Assembly: GCA_965223865.1 (NCBI GenBank)
Contig: OZ245020.1
Location: 576,001-640,000, forward strand
DNA from: Nitrosarchaeum sp.
Lineage (GTDB): Archaea > Thermoproteota > Nitrososphaeria > Nitrososphaerales > Nitrosopumilaceae
Direction of reading: 5' to 3'
DNA length: 64,000 nucleotides
The notes under the pieces were generated by a model, which saw nothing but the letters and a program-made list of their open reading frames with translations, had not been told where the DNA came from and did not search any database. Position numbers and translations under genes: made by a program. Shown one piece after another: positions 62,116 to 64,000 of this stretch; positions within the stretch are counted from its first letter, which is position 1, and every line of letters begins with the position of its first letter.

Positions 62116-62627
62116 TTACATGGTGTCATGATATATCGAATTGTGCTGAATCACAACTGCACAGATCAATTGTGTCTTCGTGTTAGATCCTGCTGACAGT
62201 TTTGTGTATGAACGTCTGATCCTGAATCTCCACGTATAGTATTGTGTGCAATACCTGTCATCAAACTCAGTCGCATCTGATCCTGCAAATACCCTACCAG
62301 GACAGACCATTTGGATGAACCTGTCAATAGCAGCATACAACAGTACATCACTCAGCCCTGATGCTGCCTTTTGCAGTATTGTAAAATGTGGAATGGTGTT
62401 AATGCCAAGCATTGCAGTTATCTGATTACATACTTGCAACCATTCTACAAATGACTCGTAGCTTTTTGATTCGTACTAACTAAGAACAAGCATGAGGATA
62501 TGATGATGTACAGAAAAGACATGTTTTGATTTTGGATACAGATAAAGAAACATGCATTTTCTTGAGAATCTGGTGCATGAGTACAATCATACGTTGGTAT
62601 TTGTTTTTCATGGAATGGAATAATCAT
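62116..62627 (-). mobile_element. Degraded DDE transposase remnant (IS5/IS4-like)
   Basis: Frameshifted pieces: ...YESFVEWLQV, IPHFTILQK, DATEF, YY..RRSYTKLS, TQLI; 3' part missing. Confidence 0.7.
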
Positions 62628-63088
62628 GAATGATTCATTGATCCTGATGATCTGCTCCGATCTACAAATAAGTGAAAACTAGATTGTCTAGGGAGTCCTT
62701 ATAGATCTTTTTGTATATCTAAATCAAACTATTACAAACATCATTATCGATTGTTGTTATAATATTACAACATAACGACAAAGATGTTCACTGAAGTAGA
62801 CGGTAGTATTGATTTAGTACGATAATGGACCTGATGGGTGAAGGATACAGTAAAGAGATGACAGAACGTATAGACCAGATTACGTATATCATTAACTTAA
62901 TTAAAAAATAAACTGAAAATTCCATGTCAGTAGAGAAGGGCTAAAACTTCAGTCTTAACAGATGGTTCTTGATTCTACTCAAGAGAATCTTCATCTCTAT
63001 GATAATAACGTGGACGATGGATTCTCTCGAAAAATTATTGATTTGTAAAATCATAAATTAGAATTATCATTACAGCTATCGTTAAAGA

Positions 63089-63334
63089 CTATGATAATCG
63101 GTGACATCCTCCATTATCACCTACATCTGTTGAACACCACAGTAAGGGGGTTCCTTTGTCTGTTTGTTGGCAAAACATTTCATTAGACGCATCAATCTTA
63201 TCTATGTGGCCTTCAGGAAACTGAATCCAACATTCATCTGGAGGTTCAATTCCAAAAGTAGCGTACATACCATACGAAATTATAAGAGAACCAATAACCA
63301 TTCCAATTGGAATTGTTACGTCTTTAGAATCCAT
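63089..63334 (-). CDS. Small membrane-anchored Cys-containing protein
   Basis: N-terminal TM, four Cys. Confidence 0.55.
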   Translation of the reverse strand: MDSKDVTIPIGMVIGSLIISYGMYATFGIEPPDECWIQFPEGHIDKIDASNEMFCQQTDKGTPLLWCSTDVGDNGGCHRLS

Positions 63335-63717
63335 AGTTATTGTTTAACTTCACATTCTAATAACTTTTTAGAAATCCTCTGAATTTACAACAATTCTAAT
63401 ATCTAGTTTAGTGCAGACCCTAACAGACTATCAGATACAAACAGTAATGACGTACGATGGCAGCATCAATTGCATCTGAAACCGTCAAGGCAGTTACGTA
63501 GTCTTGACGAATTTCTGGATCCCAAATTATTGTTATTATTTGATATTCATTCCTCCTATCGTTATCAGAATTCCTTGGTCATTGTTTTGCGTGATGGAAG
63601 TTACTGGCAATAAAAAATGACATTCATCCGATAAATTGGTAGTTTCTCAAAGGTAACCCATTGTAGTGTTAGAAGGACTGAAACACCACAAACTATAAAC
63701 AAATCACATTCTGGACT

Positions 63718-63909
63718 TTACTGTTTTCTTTCTGTACTGGTTGCCCTTTGGCTTGCTTCTCAGCATAAATCCACAACAGGGACATAACAGCTCTTCCCAT
63801 TTTATGTATATTGAACATGTGATACACTCTTGGCACCTTTCTTGTACTAGGAATCATTTTGATTCCTTTTATTGATTTTGTACCTGTGACATATTCCTTG
63901 GCATACTAT
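63718..63909 (-). pseudogene. Second decayed small Zn-finger protein of the same family
   Basis: CQGICHRYK...DS*YKKGAK, frameshift, then CITCSIYIKWEELLCPCCGFMLRSKP. Confidence 0.7.
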
Positions 63910-64000
63910 GATGATAATGTTTTCACAAAGGTTTGTAGTCAATTAATTTTTGGATTAGATTCCATCCACATGGTCAGTCCAGTACTATGAGGAATTGGAA

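Noticed and set aside
1-64000. CRISPR array, rRNA or intact integrase
   Set aside because: No regularly spaced repeats, rRNA-like tract or recombinase ORF seen

Overview
AT-rich chromosomal window of an ammonia-oxidising archaeon (Nitrosopumilus-like), inferred from gene content and the acidic S-layer protein. Positions 1-28.9 kb are core genes: thermosome, guaA/guaB, mptE/folP, pheA, csl4, dph2, tiaS, an intron-containing initiator tRNA-Met, HMG-CoA reductase, the his operon, thrC and a MoaD-MoeB fusion. Positions ~29-44.9 kb form a urea-utilisation island: an orphan ParB-like CTPase, an Lrp/AsnC regulator, two DUR3-type symporters (one fused to Usp), a Cys-rich membrane protein, a divergent PII, a Ni transporter, ureDGFE divergent from ureABC, a Usp and several microproteins. 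Next come the S-layer gene, an S8 protease and the Rieske/cytochrome b/cupredoxin complex III genes. From ~58.9 kb the sequence is a decayed accessory region with pseudogenes and a transposase remnant. The strongest unexplained signal is in the island. Two perfect 16-18 bp palindromes (TAGTCGAYRTCGACTA) and two degenerate copies sit in intergenic spacers near a ParA-less ParB gene. This suggests a parS-like, clamp-type regulatory system for urea genes (hypothesis). A 110-nt element closed by a perfect 15-bp stem lies in the same region. All calls were made by eye from the sequence and translations; no searches were run.
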